Origin: Clostridiales bacterium
GTDB lineage: Bacteria; Bacillota; Clostridia; Caldicoprobacterales; UBA3941
NCBI GenBank assembly: GCA_012518535.1
Contig: JAAYRX010000220.1
Location: forward strand, 23,510 to 87,509
DNA length: 64,000 nt
Direction: 5' to 3'
In this document: one piece after another, positions 48,650-61,136 of the stretch
How the letters are laid out: each line of letters starts with the position of its first letter
How positions within the stretch are numbered: the first letter of the stretch is position 1
The notes under the pieces: model-generated
Seen by the model: only the letters and a program-made list of their open reading frames with translations
What the model was told of the DNA's origin: nothing
The model's database searches: none
Position numbers and translations under genes: made by a program

Positions 48650-49300
48650 ATGACAGAAAATATAGCGGATAACAATAAGGTGGTAATTGTGGGCAAAGTA
48701 AACGGTCCCATGAAATATAGCCATGAGATATTTGGAGAAAATTTTTTTCAGTTTGACTTATCCGTGCCTCGTCTCAGTGATTATGCTGACCTATTACCCG
48801 TCACTGTCTCAGAGCGATTACTTGGAGAAATTGAACTGGTGGAGGGAATGGAAATAACCATTGAAGGTCAGCTTAGATCCTATAATAAATACATAGGCGG
48901 GCACAATAGGCTAATCCTGACGGTGTTTGCCCGGGAGCTGCTTTTTGTGGATGAGGGGACAAAGAACCCAAACCAGATCTATCTGAATGGATTTATATGC
49001 AAGAAGCCAGTCTACAGAGTGACACCCCTTAAAAGGGAGATAACCGATATTCTACTGGCTGTTAATAGGGCATATGGGAAATCTGATTATATCCCTACAA
49101 TAGCATGGGGCAGAAATGCACGGTTTTCGCAACACTTAAATGTGGGGGATAACATAAGAATATGGGGCAGAATCCAGAGCCGAACCTACCAAAAAAAACT
49201 ACCAAAGGGTGAAGTAATTGAGAAGGTAGCGTATGAGGTATCTATCTCGAAGATGGAAGTAATAAAAAACATAATTGATACACAAACCTTGGAGACCTGA
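48650..49300 (+). CDS. SSB-like protein with two tandem OB-fold-like halves
   Basis: Internal duplication: half 1 is VVIVGKVNGPMKYSHE..ITIEGQLRSYNK and half 2 is IYLNGFICKKPVYRVT..IRIWGRIQSRTYQK. Confidence 0.45.
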   Translation: MTENIADNNKVVIVGKVNGPMKYSHEIFGENFFQFDLSVPRLSDYADLLPVTVSERLLGEIELVEGMEITIEGQLRSYNKYIGGHNRLILTVFARELLFVDEGTKNPNQIYLNGFICKKPVYRVTPLKREITDILLAVNRAYGKSDYIPTIAWGRNARFSQHLNVGDNIRIWGRIQSRTYQKKLPKGEVIEKVAYEVSISKMEVIKNIIDTQTLET

Positions 49301-49317
49301 GCAGTGCTCAGGTTTTA
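49294..49317 (+). terminator. rho-independent terminator
   Basis: ACCTGAG-CAGTG-CTCAGGT followed by TTTTA. The stem includes the stop codon. Confidence 0.7.
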
Positions 49318-49433
49318 TATTGTAGATTACAGTTTGGTATGTTAAAATGGTAGTATAATGAAGGATTTGAACCCACAGTTTGTATGAAATGGTGCCAATA
49401 TGCGATTAAATCGGTTATCAAAGGAGGATTATT

Positions 49434-49730
49434 ATGGAATACGAATCAAAGCTACGGAATCAACAGGTTGATGAGCTTTTTTCCGCTATTTTGAAGCTTG
49501 AGACCCTTGAGGAATGTTATCGCTTTTTCGAAGATATATGTACCATAAATGAGATAAAATCCTTGGCCCAAAGGTTGGAGGTCGCTAAAATGCTCAGGAC
49601 GAAGAAAACCTACCAGGACATAGCCGATGAAACAGGTGCCAGTACAGCTACCATAAGCAGGGTCAACAGGTCGTTGACTTATGGTGCCGGTGGGTATAGG
49701 ATCATATTGGACAGGCTATTGGACAAATAA
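49434..49730 (+). CDS. yerC: TrpR-like YerC/YecD family protein
   Basis: 98 aa. TYQDIADETGASTATISRVNRSL helix-turn-helix. Its position upstream of pcrA-ligA matches Bacillus synteny. Confidence 0.8.
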   Translation: MEYESKLRNQQVDELFSAILKLETLEECYRFFEDICTINEIKSLAQRLEVAKMLRTKKTYQDIADETGASTATISRVNRSLTYGAGGYRIILDRLLDK

Positions 49731-49733
49731 TTC

Positions 49734-49756
49734 GACACCCTTAAGGGTGTCTTTTA
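49734..49756 (+). terminator. short hairpin terminator or attenuator
   Basis: GACACCC-TTAA-GGGTGTC followed by TTTTAG. Confidence 0.6.
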
Positions 49757-49817
49757 GCTAGGGGAATTTTCTCACGAGCAGATATATTCGCAAATTTCAC
49801 TGGGAGTTGAGGCAACT

Positions 49818-52079
49818 ATGGAACTAAGGAAGTTATTGAACCCACAACAGAGACAAGCTGTGCTCCATACAGAAGGCCCCCTTCTGGTACTCGCAGGGGC
49901 GGGATCCGGAAAAACCCGGGTTCTTACATATAGGGTTGCACATTTGGTAGAAGACCTGGGGGTCAGCCCCGAGAATATCTTGGCAATTACCTTTACAAAC
50001 AAGGCCGCCAGGGAGATGAAGGAGAGGATCCATAACCTGATAGGAGAAAAGAGTCATGATATCTGGATAAGCACCTTTCATTCCACCTGTGTCAGGATAC
50101 TCAGAAGAGAAATTGATAAGATAGGCTTTACAAGGAATTTCGTCATTTATGATGCAGAGGATCAGCTGGCACTCATAAGGGATTGTATAAAAGAACTGGA
50201 CTTAAGTGAAAAGTATTATAACGCCAAGGATATGCGCTCTAAGATTGGTCAGCTTAAAGACCAGATAATAAGTCCTGGTGAATATAAAAGCGAGTCAAGA
50301 GGTCAGTTCCGGGAAGAAAGAATCGCTGATTTATATGAACTGTACCAGAATAGGCTCACAAAGAACAATGCTCTTGATTTTGACGATCTGATAAACAGGA
50401 CCTTGGAACTTTTCTATCTAAGACCTGATGTACTGGATTACTATTCATTCAGATTTCAATATATTCATGTGGACGAATATCAGGATACCAACCACGCTCA
50501 ATATATGTTGGTCAAGCTGTTATCGGCGAAACATCAAAATCTATGTGTCGTAGGTGATGATGACCAATCCATATATGGATGGAGAGGAGCAGATATAAGG
50601 AATATTTTGGATTTTGAAAGAGATTTTCCCAATGCCAGAGTGATTAAACTGGAAGAAAACTACAGGTCAACCCAAATGATCCTGGATGCCGCCAACAGCA
50701 TCATACTAAACAACAGCGGCCGGAAAGAAAAAAGGCTGTGGACTCAAAAAAACCGTGGTGAGAAAATAGCCGTATACAAGCTGGCGGATGAACATCGGGA
50801 AGCGGATATGATCTGTCAGCATATCCATGGACATATAGTTAAAGATGATAAATCCCCTGGGGATTTTGCTATTCTCTATAGGACCAATGCTCAATCTCGG
50901 GTTATTGAGGACGCCCTTATGAGATATGGTATTCCCTATCGCATGTACGGAGGTTTACGGTTTTATGATAGGAAGGAGATAAAGGATATCATAGCCTATC
51001 TAAGGGTGGTTGCAAACCCAGCAGACGATATTAGCATAAAAAGAATTATTAATGTTCCAAGGCGGGGCATAGGTAGTGTTACTTTGGGTAATTTGGAGGA
51101 AATATCTATAAGGGAAGATGAAAGCATTTTTAGTGTTATTCTGGATTTGGATGACTATGATGAAATTACCACCAGAATAAGGAAAAAGATTAAGGCATTT
51201 GGAGATGTAATATCAAACCTTATAGCAATGAAAGAGATTATGCCTTTAACAGAATTTATTGAAGCCTTATTGGATTACACGGGTTATGAAAAAGCCCTAA
51301 AGGAAGAAAGGACACTGGAAGCGGAATCCAGGCTGGAAAATATCAAGGAATTTATATCTGCGGCCAGAGATTTTCAGAGGGATAATGAGGGTGCCGGACT
51401 AGTGGAGTTTCTAGAGAATCTTGCCCTGGTGACTGATCTGGATAGTATGGGAGAAGGCCAACCTGCGGTTAGTATGATGACCATGCACTCGGCTAAGGGC
51501 TTGGAATTTCCGATAGTTTTTATTGCAGGTATGGAGGAATACCTGTTTCCACATTCCAGATCTATGGATTCGGAACAGGAGATGGAGGAGGAAAGGCGGT
51601 TATGCTATGTTGGCATAACCAGGGCTAAAGAGCGGCTTTATTTGTCCTTTGCGGCTCAACGCAATATATTTGGAAGCTATAATCGTAATGCTCCATCACG
51701 GTTTTTAAACGAGATAACCCAGGATTTAATCGAGTATACCGACCAATCCCCGGGAGAAATGTGGAACACATATTGCAACAAAGACGAGGGCAATATCGTC
51801 AAAGGACATATGGGACACGGGTGGAATAGATCAGGGTCAGGGGCTATGGAGGTCCTACAGACTCCTTTAAAATCATCGGGGAACAACAGGGATAACAAAA
51901 GTGGTAACAGGATTATCCGGGATTTTACTCTGGGCCAAAAAATCATACATAAGAAATTTGGTAAAGGTACGATCGTAGCTATGAGTGGAAGTGGAGATGA
52001 TCAGGAGCTGAAGATTGCATTTGAGCAGGGTGGAATAAGAAGCTTTATGGCAGCATATGCCCCGTTAAAGAAACTGTAG
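49818..52079 (+). CDS. pcrA: ATP-dependent DNA helicase PcrA (UvrD family)
   Basis: Walker A AGAGSGKT, motif II VDEYQDTN and TMHSAKGLEF. 753 aa. Confidence 0.93.
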   Translation: MELRKLLNPQQRQAVLHTEGPLLVLAGAGSGKTRVLTYRVAHLVEDLGVSPENILAITFTNKAAREMKERIHNLIGEKSHDIWISTFHSTCVRILRREIDKIGFTRNFVIYDAEDQLALIRDCIKELDLSEKYYNAKDMRSKIGQLKDQIISPGEYKSESRGQFREERIADLYELYQNRLTKNNALDFDDLINRTLELFYLRPDVLDYYSFRFQYIHVDEYQDTNHAQYMLVKLLSAKHQNLCVVGDDDQSIYGWRGADIRNILDFERDFPNARVIKLEENYRSTQMILDAANSIILNNSGRKEKRLWTQKNRGEKIAVYKLADEHREADMICQHIHGHIVKDDKSPGDFAILYRTNAQSRVIEDALMRYGIPYRMYGGLRFYDRKEIKDIIAYLRVVANPADDISIKRIINVPRRGIGSVTLGNLEEISIREDESIFSVILDLDDYDEITTRIRKKIKAFGDVISNLIAMKEIMPLTEFIEALLDYTGYEKALKEERTLEAESRLENIKEFISAARDFQRDNEGAGLVEFLENLALVTDLDSMGEGQPAVSMMTMHSAKGLEFPIVFIAGMEEYLFPHSRSMDSEQEMEEERRLCYVGITRAKERLYLSFAAQRNIFGSYNRNAPSRFLNEITQDLIEYTDQSPGEMWNTYCNKDEGNIVKGHMGHGWNRSGSGAMEVLQTPLKSSGNNRDNKSGNRIIRDFTLGQKIIHKKFGKGTIVAMSGSGDDQELKIAFEQGGIRSFMAAYAPLKKL

Positions 52080-54101
<2,022 letters not shown>

Positions 54102-54225
54102 TTGGTTTATAATGGTAATATGTGTCCCTGCTATTTATTAACATAGTGTAAACATGGCAAAACATCTTGCATTTATATAATAGTTTTAGTAGAATGTTAA
54201 CAGTTAAGACAAGGGGTATCAGAAC

Positions 54226-55848
54226 ATGCGTATAGGCAGCAGAAGGATTAGTAAGAGATTTTTTATAATTGTATTTGTTGTTATACTATTGATTGCAACC
54301 AGGATCTATGCTTCAAATAAGGTTTATCGAAGCGTGACATTGGAGGCAGGGATAGATGCCACCGATTTATCCCATTTTATTAAGGGCGATAATGTAGAAG
54401 GCACTTTTGTAACGGACATGTCAACCGTTGATACATCTAAACCCGGTCAATACAAGATAAAAATACGCATCGGGAGAAGGGTATACACGTCAACTCTCAG
54501 TATAGTGGACACCATCCCTCCAACCGCTGAGGTGTTAGATCAACAAATACCCTTTGGAAAGACACTAGAGGCAAGTTCCTTTGTAAAGGATGTAGTTGAT
54601 GCAACAGCGGTAGAGATTAGTTATTATGAGAAACCCGATTTCGAATTTATAGGGGTTCAGGATGTTATTATAATACTAAAAGACGCAGGAGATAATGAGT
54701 ATCAGCTTACAGCCAAGCTTTCTATTGGGATGGTACATGAACTGGTGGAAGTTGGGGTAGGTACTGAATCGCTGGATATTGGGCTGTTTTTTATGGATGA
54801 AGATTTTACCGGAGACTTTGTTACCGATATTTCCGCCATAGACATGAACTATCCGGGTGAGTATGATATTGCAATAAATTGTAACGGAAGGGAATTCACA
54901 TCGAGACTGCAAATAATTGATAATATACCACCTAAGGCTGATATAATACAGCAAGAAATATGGCTTGGTGAAGAACTGGATGCTGACAACTTTGTTGAGA
55001 ACATTGAAGATCACTCGGAAGTGACAGTTTCCTATAAAGAAAGACCCGATTTCAATAATGTAGGTTCTCAGGAAGTATCCATTTTATTGATGGATGCCAG
55101 TGGAAACCAGACAGAGCTGAAAGCACCTCTTATAATATTGGAGGATACAGAACCGCCGGTAATCAAAGGGGACAACGAAAAACTGGTTTATATAGGAGAA
55201 AAGGTGTCATACAGAAAACATGTCACCGTCACCGATAATAGGGATGAAGACGTGGATCTGGATATAGATAGCAGTGCAGTAAATCTTAAGAGGCCTGGTA
55301 GTTATCCGGTAATATACAAGGCAACGGATTCCTCAGGCAATATCTCAACAAAAACTATTAACTTCATAGTAAAGGAAAAACCCAAAAATTATGTAAGTGC
55401 AGATGAAGTTAATGTTTTAGCGGACCAAATTTTGGCAAAAATAATTAACGAGGGTATGTCACAAAAGCAAAAGGCAAGGGCAATATATGATTGGACTAGA
55501 GCCCATATTAAATATGTTAATGACTATGATAACAATACGGATTGGGTAAGGGCTGCCTACGATGGAATAAAGAATGCCAAAGGAGATTGTTACGCCTATT
55601 TCGGAACTGCTAAGGCACTTTTAACCAGAGCGGGAATAGAGAATTTGGATATCGTTAAAAAGGGCGGTGGGCATTATTGGAGCATGGTCAATCTGGGGAA
55701 CGGTTGGTATCATTTCGATACGACGCCTAGAAGAACCGGTGGAGAATTCTTTATGTTAACTGATGCCCAGCTGGAAGCGTATTCGAGAAAGAACAAGAAC
55801 AGTCATGTATGGGATAAAAGCAAATATCCTACTACCCCGGAAGAATAG
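54226..55848 (+). CDS. TM-anchored Ig-like / transglutaminase-like protein (paralog 2)
   Basis: Collinear with 28208-29863: VTLEAGIDATDLSHFIK.., DTIPPTA / DNIPPKA / DTEPPVI boundaries, and a GDCYAYF .. HYWS .. HFDT core. Confidence 0.7.
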   Translation: MRIGSRRISKRFFIIVFVVILLIATRIYASNKVYRSVTLEAGIDATDLSHFIKGDNVEGTFVTDMSTVDTSKPGQYKIKIRIGRRVYTSTLSIVDTIPPTAEVLDQQIPFGKTLEASSFVKDVVDATAVEISYYEKPDFEFIGVQDVIIILKDAGDNEYQLTAKLSIGMVHELVEVGVGTESLDIGLFFMDEDFTGDFVTDISAIDMNYPGEYDIAINCNGREFTSRLQIIDNIPPKADIIQQEIWLGEELDADNFVENIEDHSEVTVSYKERPDFNNVGSQEVSILLMDASGNQTELKAPLIILEDTEPPVIKGDNEKLVYIGEKVSYRKHVTVTDNRDEDVDLDIDSSAVNLKRPGSYPVIYKATDSSGNISTKTINFIVKEKPKNYVSADEVNVLADQILAKIINEGMSQKQKARAIYDWTRAHIKYVNDYDNNTDWVRAAYDGIKNAKGDCYAYFGTAKALLTRAGIENLDIVKKGGGHYWSMVNLGNGWYHFDTTPRRTGGEFFMLTDAQLEAYSRKNKNSHVWDKSKYPTTPEE

Positions 55849-55883
55849 CTATGTAATTCGTGACGAAGAGGGATGATCAAGGG

Positions 55884-56606
55884 ATGAGATTAGGGGTTAT
55901 TGGTGGGTTAGGGCCTATGGCAACGGCGTATTTTATTGAACTCATAGTTAATATGACAGATGCACAAAACGACCAGGACCACCTGGATATGATAGTATTC
56001 AATTGCCCTTCTATACCCGACAGAACAAAATATATATTGGGTGAAAGTAAGGAAAGTCCTGTCAAAGCCATGGCGTTAATAGGAAAACGGCTGGCGGAGC
56101 TGGGAGCAGATCATATTTCTATTCCGTGTATAACAGCACATTATTTTTATAATGATCTAGTAAGGCTTATAGACGTTCCCATTCTAGATGCTGTGACTGA
56201 AACAGCGAATCATTTAAAGGAGCAGGGCGTTAAAAAAGTGGGCATTCTTGCCACTGATGGGACTTTAGCCGGCGGTCTGTTTCAGGACAGGTTATCCTCT
56301 GTCGGAATTGATCACATCATTCCCTCCAGCTATGCACAAAGGGGAGTGATGAAGATCATTTATGATGATATCAAGGCAGGTCGCCCTGCCAATATAGAAC
56401 TTTTTGGCAAAATCACAAGGGAATTGCGAGACAGCGGTGCAGAAGCAATAATTCTGGGTTGTACTGAATTATCACTAATAAAAAGGGACTTTTCTATAGG
56501 TGCAGGCTATATAGATGTGATGGAGGTACTGGCCAAGGCATCTATTCTTAGCTGTAATAGGTTACTAAAAAAGCAATATTACAGTTTGATTTCAAATAGA
56601 GGGTGA
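55884..56606 (+). CDS. Asp/Glu/hydantoin-family (cofactor-independent, two-thiol) amino-acid racemase
   Basis: MRLGVIGGLGPMAT start. Catalytic Cys motifs IPCITAH and LGCTEL. GTG 55860 is an alternative start. A 4-nt gap separates it from the next gene. Confidence 0.8.
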   Translation: MRLGVIGGLGPMATAYFIELIVNMTDAQNDQDHLDMIVFNCPSIPDRTKYILGESKESPVKAMALIGKRLAELGADHISIPCITAHYFYNDLVRLIDVPILDAVTETANHLKEQGVKKVGILATDGTLAGGLFQDRLSSVGIDHIIPSSYAQRGVMKIIYDDIKAGRPANIELFGKITRELRDSGAEAIILGCTELSLIKRDFSIGAGYIDVMEVLAKASILSCNRLLKKQYYSLISNRG

Positions 56607-56610
56607 AGAC

Positions 56611-58137
56611 ATGCAAAATAATATACTGGAATACTTGGATTATACTGTAAAGAGGGTTCCCGAAAAGATCGCCTATTCCAATGGTGAAACCGGAATAAGT
56701 TTTCGTGAGGTTTATGATCAGGCAAGGGCCATAGGTACTTTTTTGAATCGTCAAGGCGTCTACAAAGAACCTGTGGTTGTGTTTATGAATAGGCATCCCA
56801 AAGCCATCGTGGCTTTTTATGGGGTGGTCTATGCCGGCAACTTTTATGTACCAATTGATGAGGAGATGCCCCGTTTCCGTATTGAGCTTATAATGGAGAA
56901 TCTAAACCCCAGGGCTATAATCTGTGATGAGACCACAAAAGACATCGTAGAAACCTTTCAATATGATGGGGAGATATATCTCTATGACGATATTGTCAAA
57001 ACCCCTATAGACGAGGATGTTATTGATAGGATCCGACAAGCCTCAATAGATACAGATCCTATATATGTAGTATTTACATCAGGTTCGACGGGAATACCAA
57101 AGGGGGTAGTAGCTTGTCATCGCTCCGTGATAGACTATATTGAGCACTTATCCGAGGTTTTGGAATTTAATGAGGATACAGTCTTTGGGAATCAAACTCC
57201 TTTGTATTTTGATGCTTGCCTGAAGGAGCTGTACCCTACCCTGAAGTTTGGTTCAACTGCCTATATCATACCCAAAAACCTGTTTATGTTCCCCATTAGA
57301 CTTGTTGAATTCTTGAATGAACACAGGATTAACACCATATGCTGGGTGGTTTCTGCTCTGACAATGATATCGGCTTTTGGTGTGCTGGACGAGACGGTTC
57401 CAGAGCATCTTCATACTGTTGCCTTTGGCAGCGAGGTCTTTCCAATGAAGCAGTTTAATCTTTGGAGAAAGGCCTTACCCAATGCCAAATTTGTAAATCT
57501 TTACGGGCCTACGGAAGCTACGGGTATGAGCTGTTATTATATAGTGGATCGAGATTTTGGTGATGATGAGGTCCTGCCCATAGGTAGACCCTTTAGGAAC
57601 ACCGATATCATATTACTGGACGAAAACAATCGGATTCCAGCCAAGGGTGAAGTAGGGGAGATATGTATAAGGGGTACATCCCTAACCATGGGATATTATA
57701 ACGATCCGGAAAGGACCAGGGAGGTATTTGTACAGAATCCGTTAAACAATGCTTATCCTGAACTCATATACCGGACAGGGGATCTAGGCAGGTATAACGA
57801 TAGAGGAGAATTGATGTTTATATCACGTATAGATCATCAGATTAAACATATGGGTCATCGCATCGAATTGGGGGAAATCGAATATAACGTGAATTTGATA
57901 GAAGGTATTAAGAGTGCCTGCTGTATTTATCGGGAAGAAACCGAGAAGATAGAACTTTATTATGTTGGTGACATAGATTCAAAGGATTTAGCCATTGCTT
58001 TGAAAAAAAGGCTTCCTAGGTATATGGTTCCGAACATTTTAAGGGCCTTGGATGAGATGCCTTTAACCGCCAACAAGAAGATAGATCGGGTTTTCTTAAA
58101 AGAACATTATGCTAAGAATAAAAGGGGGACCAAATAA
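56611..58137 (+). CDS. stand-alone amino-acid adenylation enzyme (DltA-like carrier-protein ligase)
   Basis: ANL/A-domain cores VVFTSGSTGIPKGV, LYGPTEAT, YRTGDLG, GHRIELGEIE and PLTANKKIDR. FDAC retains the alpha-amino-binding Asp. Confidence 0.85.
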   Translation: MQNNILEYLDYTVKRVPEKIAYSNGETGISFREVYDQARAIGTFLNRQGVYKEPVVVFMNRHPKAIVAFYGVVYAGNFYVPIDEEMPRFRIELIMENLNPRAIICDETTKDIVETFQYDGEIYLYDDIVKTPIDEDVIDRIRQASIDTDPIYVVFTSGSTGIPKGVVACHRSVIDYIEHLSEVLEFNEDTVFGNQTPLYFDACLKELYPTLKFGSTAYIIPKNLFMFPIRLVEFLNEHRINTICWVVSALTMISAFGVLDETVPEHLHTVAFGSEVFPMKQFNLWRKALPNAKFVNLYGPTEATGMSCYYIVDRDFGDDEVLPIGRPFRNTDIILLDENNRIPAKGEVGEICIRGTSLTMGYYNDPERTREVFVQNPLNNAYPELIYRTGDLGRYNDRGELMFISRIDHQIKHMGHRIELGEIEYNVNLIEGIKSACCIYREETEKIELYYVGDIDSKDLAIALKKRLPRYMVPNILRALDEMPLTANKKIDRVFLKEHYAKNKRGTK

Positions 58138-58138
58138 A

Positions 58139-58363
58139 ATGGAAGAATTATTAGAGATTTTAGAGGAAATGCATCCCGATGTGGATTTTACAACTTGTGA
58201 TACTTTAATTGATAGCAACATATTAGATTCATTTGATATAATTGCTTTGATATCAGAGATCAAGTTGGAATTTGGAGTTACGATACCACCGGACGAAATA
58301 ATACCGGAAAACTTTAATTCCGCCAAGGCAATGTATGAACTAATTGAGCGTCTATCGGACTAG
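58139..58363 (+). CDS. small carrier protein (DltC/ACP-like)
   Basis: 74 aa from ATG 58139 (GGGGGA upstream). Phosphopantetheine-site-like ILDSFDIIAL. Confidence 0.75.
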   Translation: MEELLEILEEMHPDVDFTTCDTLIDSNILDSFDIIALISEIKLEFGVTIPPDEIIPENFNSAKAMYELIERLSD

Positions 58364-58381
58364 AATTAACAGGGGGATAAT

Positions 58382-59974
58382 ATGCTGTTTGCATCTTATG
58401 GTTTTATAGCTTTTATATCAATTTTATTCATAGTATATTACCTTATTCCCAAGAAACATCAGTGGAAGTTGCTTCTATTTGCCAGCTATGTTTTTTATTT
58501 GTTTGCCGGTCCTAAATATATACTTTATATTGTATTTACAACCGTTTCCACCTATATAATCAGCTTAAGGATTGATAAGCTGAATCAAACCCAGGCCCAG
58601 TACTTGGCCAAGCATAAGAAGGACCTCTCGAGGGCTGATAAAAGGGAATATAGGGATATGATGAAATATAGGATGCGGAGATGGCTGGTTGCATGTCTGC
58701 TACTAAACTTCGGGATATTGGCGGTAGTGAAATACTCTAACTTCGCCATAGCTAACTTAAACGCTATATCCCGAGCCTTCGGGGGGCAAGGCCAGTTATC
58801 CTTTTTAAATATAGCCCTTCCAATGGGTATTTCTTTCTACACCTTTCAGACTATGGGCTATATTATAGATGTATTTAGGGGCAAGTATTCACCGGAGAAG
58901 AATATTTTCAAACTTGCTTTGTTTGTATCCTTCTTCCCTCAACTTGTACAAGGGCCAATAAGTAGATTTGATGACCTGTCCAAAACACTCTTCAAAGAGC
59001 ATAGCTTTGAACATAGGAGTTTCAGTTTTGGCATTCAGAGGATAATGTGGGGATACTTTAAGAAGCTGGTTATAGCGGATCGCATTCTGGTCGCTGTCAA
59101 TACCATAATACGGGATCCGGAGATGTACCAGGGGGCTTTTGCTTTGGTGGGGATGCTTTTTTATGCATTTCAACTCTATGCTGATTTCACGGGTGGTATT
59201 GATATTACCATAGGTATAGCCCAGGTATTAGGTATAGAGGTCCAGGAGAACTTTAACAGACCTTATTTTTCAAAATCCATAGCGGAGTATTGGAGAAGAT
59301 GGCATATTACTTTGGGTACATGGTTTAAGGATTATTTATTTTACCCCATATCTGTCAGTAAGCCTATGATGAGGGTGTTCAAGTTTACCAGGGAACGCTT
59401 TGGCGGCGCAATAGGTAGGCGTATACCGGTATATATATCCACTATTACCGTCTGGTTTGTAACCGGCATATGGCATGGCTCCAGTTGGAACTTTATAGCC
59501 TGGGGTCTGGCAAATTGCGTGGTAATTATTATATCCCAGGAACTAGAACCCTTTTATGCATGGTTCCATAGTAAGTTTAATGTCAGGAATGCCTTTGGCT
59601 TTCGTTTGTTCCAAGTGGTACGTACTGTACTTCTCATGAGCTCTATAAGAATGTTTGATTGCTATAGGGATGTACCTACCACTTTTAGAATGTTCGGTTC
59701 CATGTTTACGGTCTTCAATTACCGTGAGTTGTTTGGGGGAGTGCTTTTAGATCTTGGGCTCAACATGGCAGATTATTGCATACTCCTTATAGGACTTATT
59801 CTGCTCCTTGGCGTAAGCCTTGCTCAGAGAAAGGGTAGTGTAAGATCAAGGCTCGCCCAAGAGCCTGAACCGCTTCGTTATGCAGTATATTCCTTTATGT
59901 TCATTATGATTCTTATTTTTGGAGCCTATGGTGTGGGTTATGATTCCAGCCAGTTTATATACAATCAGTTCTAG
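58382..59974 (+). CDS. MBOAT family membrane O-acyltransferase (DltB/AlgI-like)
   Basis: Polytopic. WRRWHITLGTWFKDYLFYP and the conserved-His region GIWHGSSWNF. Confidence 0.85.
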   Translation: MLFASYGFIAFISILFIVYYLIPKKHQWKLLLFASYVFYLFAGPKYILYIVFTTVSTYIISLRIDKLNQTQAQYLAKHKKDLSRADKREYRDMMKYRMRRWLVACLLLNFGILAVVKYSNFAIANLNAISRAFGGQGQLSFLNIALPMGISFYTFQTMGYIIDVFRGKYSPEKNIFKLALFVSFFPQLVQGPISRFDDLSKTLFKEHSFEHRSFSFGIQRIMWGYFKKLVIADRILVAVNTIIRDPEMYQGAFALVGMLFYAFQLYADFTGGIDITIGIAQVLGIEVQENFNRPYFSKSIAEYWRRWHITLGTWFKDYLFYPISVSKPMMRVFKFTRERFGGAIGRRIPVYISTITVWFVTGIWHGSSWNFIAWGLANCVVIIISQELEPFYAWFHSKFNVRNAFGFRLFQVVRTVLLMSSIRMFDCYRDVPTTFRMFGSMFTVFNYRELFGGVLLDLGLNMADYCILLIGLILLLGVSLAQRKGSVRSRLAQEPEPLRYAVYSFMFIMILIFGAYGVGYDSSQFIYNQF

Positions 59975-59983
59975 GAGGGTGTT

Positions 59984-61057
59984 ATGAATAAAAAAAGGAT
60001 AGGACTAAAAATTGCGACAATTTGTTTTTTATTTATAACATTATGGTTTTTACAAAAGTTGATGGTGCCTAAATATGTCACCGCCATAGTCGAAGGCTCC
60101 TTAATTGAAGAGTATTATCATGAGGAGACAGATCATGATGTGGTTTTTATTGGGGATTGTGAGGTTTACGAGAACATTTCGCCCATCACCTTATGGGAGA
60201 AATATGGAATTACCAGCTTTATTCGTGGGGGTGCTCAACAGCTTATATGGCAATCATACTATCTGTTAGAGGAGACATTAAAGTATGAGAAGCCAAAAGT
60301 GGTCGTATTCAATGTTCTGGCTATGAAATATGATGAGCCTCAGAAGGAAGCCTATAATCGCCTAAATCTGGATGGAATGAAGCTTTCTATGGAAAAAATA
60401 AAAGCTATAAAGGCTTCGATGATGGATGATGAGAATTTGATTGAGTATATATTTCCATTACTCAGGTATCATTCCAGATGGAGTGAGCTGACAAGCGAGG
60501 ATTTCAAATACCTTTTCAAGAAGGACAAGATTTCCCATAATGGATACTACATGAGGGTGGATGTTGAACCCGTGAAATCAATTCCTAAAGGGAGAAAACT
60601 CTCAAGCTACCAGTTCGGCGAAAGATCATATTATTATTTAGACCGCATGGTAGAGCTATGTAAAGATAACGATATAGATTTGGTACTGATGAAAGCTCCT
60701 AGCATATATCCCTATTGGTATGATGAATGGGATGAGCAAATGCGGGAGTATGCCAATAAACATGACCTGATGTATATAAACTTCCTTGATCTGATCGATG
60801 AGGTAGGTATTGATTTCAATGTAGATACCTATGATGCCGGTCTCCACCTGAACTTATCTGGGGCAGAGAAGTTGGCAGTATATTTCGGCGATATTTTAAG
60901 GAAAACTTATGGTTTGGAAGATAGAAGAGGGGACGAGGAACTAAAAAAAGTATGGGATGAAAAGGTAGAATTCTATTATAGTATGAAGGAACAGCAATTG
61001 AGGGAGCTCGAGGAATACGGCTATCTCAAGAGCTTGGGCGTAGAGAAACGGGAATAG
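59984..61057 (+). CDS. TM-anchored extracytoplasmic SGNH/DltD-like protein (tentative)
   Basis: N-terminal TM helix. Block-I-like VVFIGDCEV and block-V-like DAGLHLNLSG. Sits in the position occupied by DltD/AlgJ-type partners. Confidence 0.5.
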   Translation: MNKKRIGLKIATICFLFITLWFLQKLMVPKYVTAIVEGSLIEEYYHEETDHDVVFIGDCEVYENISPITLWEKYGITSFIRGGAQQLIWQSYYLLEETLKYEKPKVVVFNVLAMKYDEPQKEAYNRLNLDGMKLSMEKIKAIKASMMDDENLIEYIFPLLRYHSRWSELTSEDFKYLFKKDKISHNGYYMRVDVEPVKSIPKGRKLSSYQFGERSYYYLDRMVELCKDNDIDLVLMKAPSIYPYWYDEWDEQMREYANKHDLMYINFLDLIDEVGIDFNVDTYDAGLHLNLSGAEKLAVYFGDILRKTYGLEDRRGDEELKKVWDEKVEFYYSMKEQQLRELEEYGYLKSLGVEKRE

Positions 61058-61136
61058 GTCCAGGTTATAACCGAGATACGATTAAGCATGACGATCATGT
61101 GGTATTGAACTATGGAATTTAAGGGAGAGAATAGAG

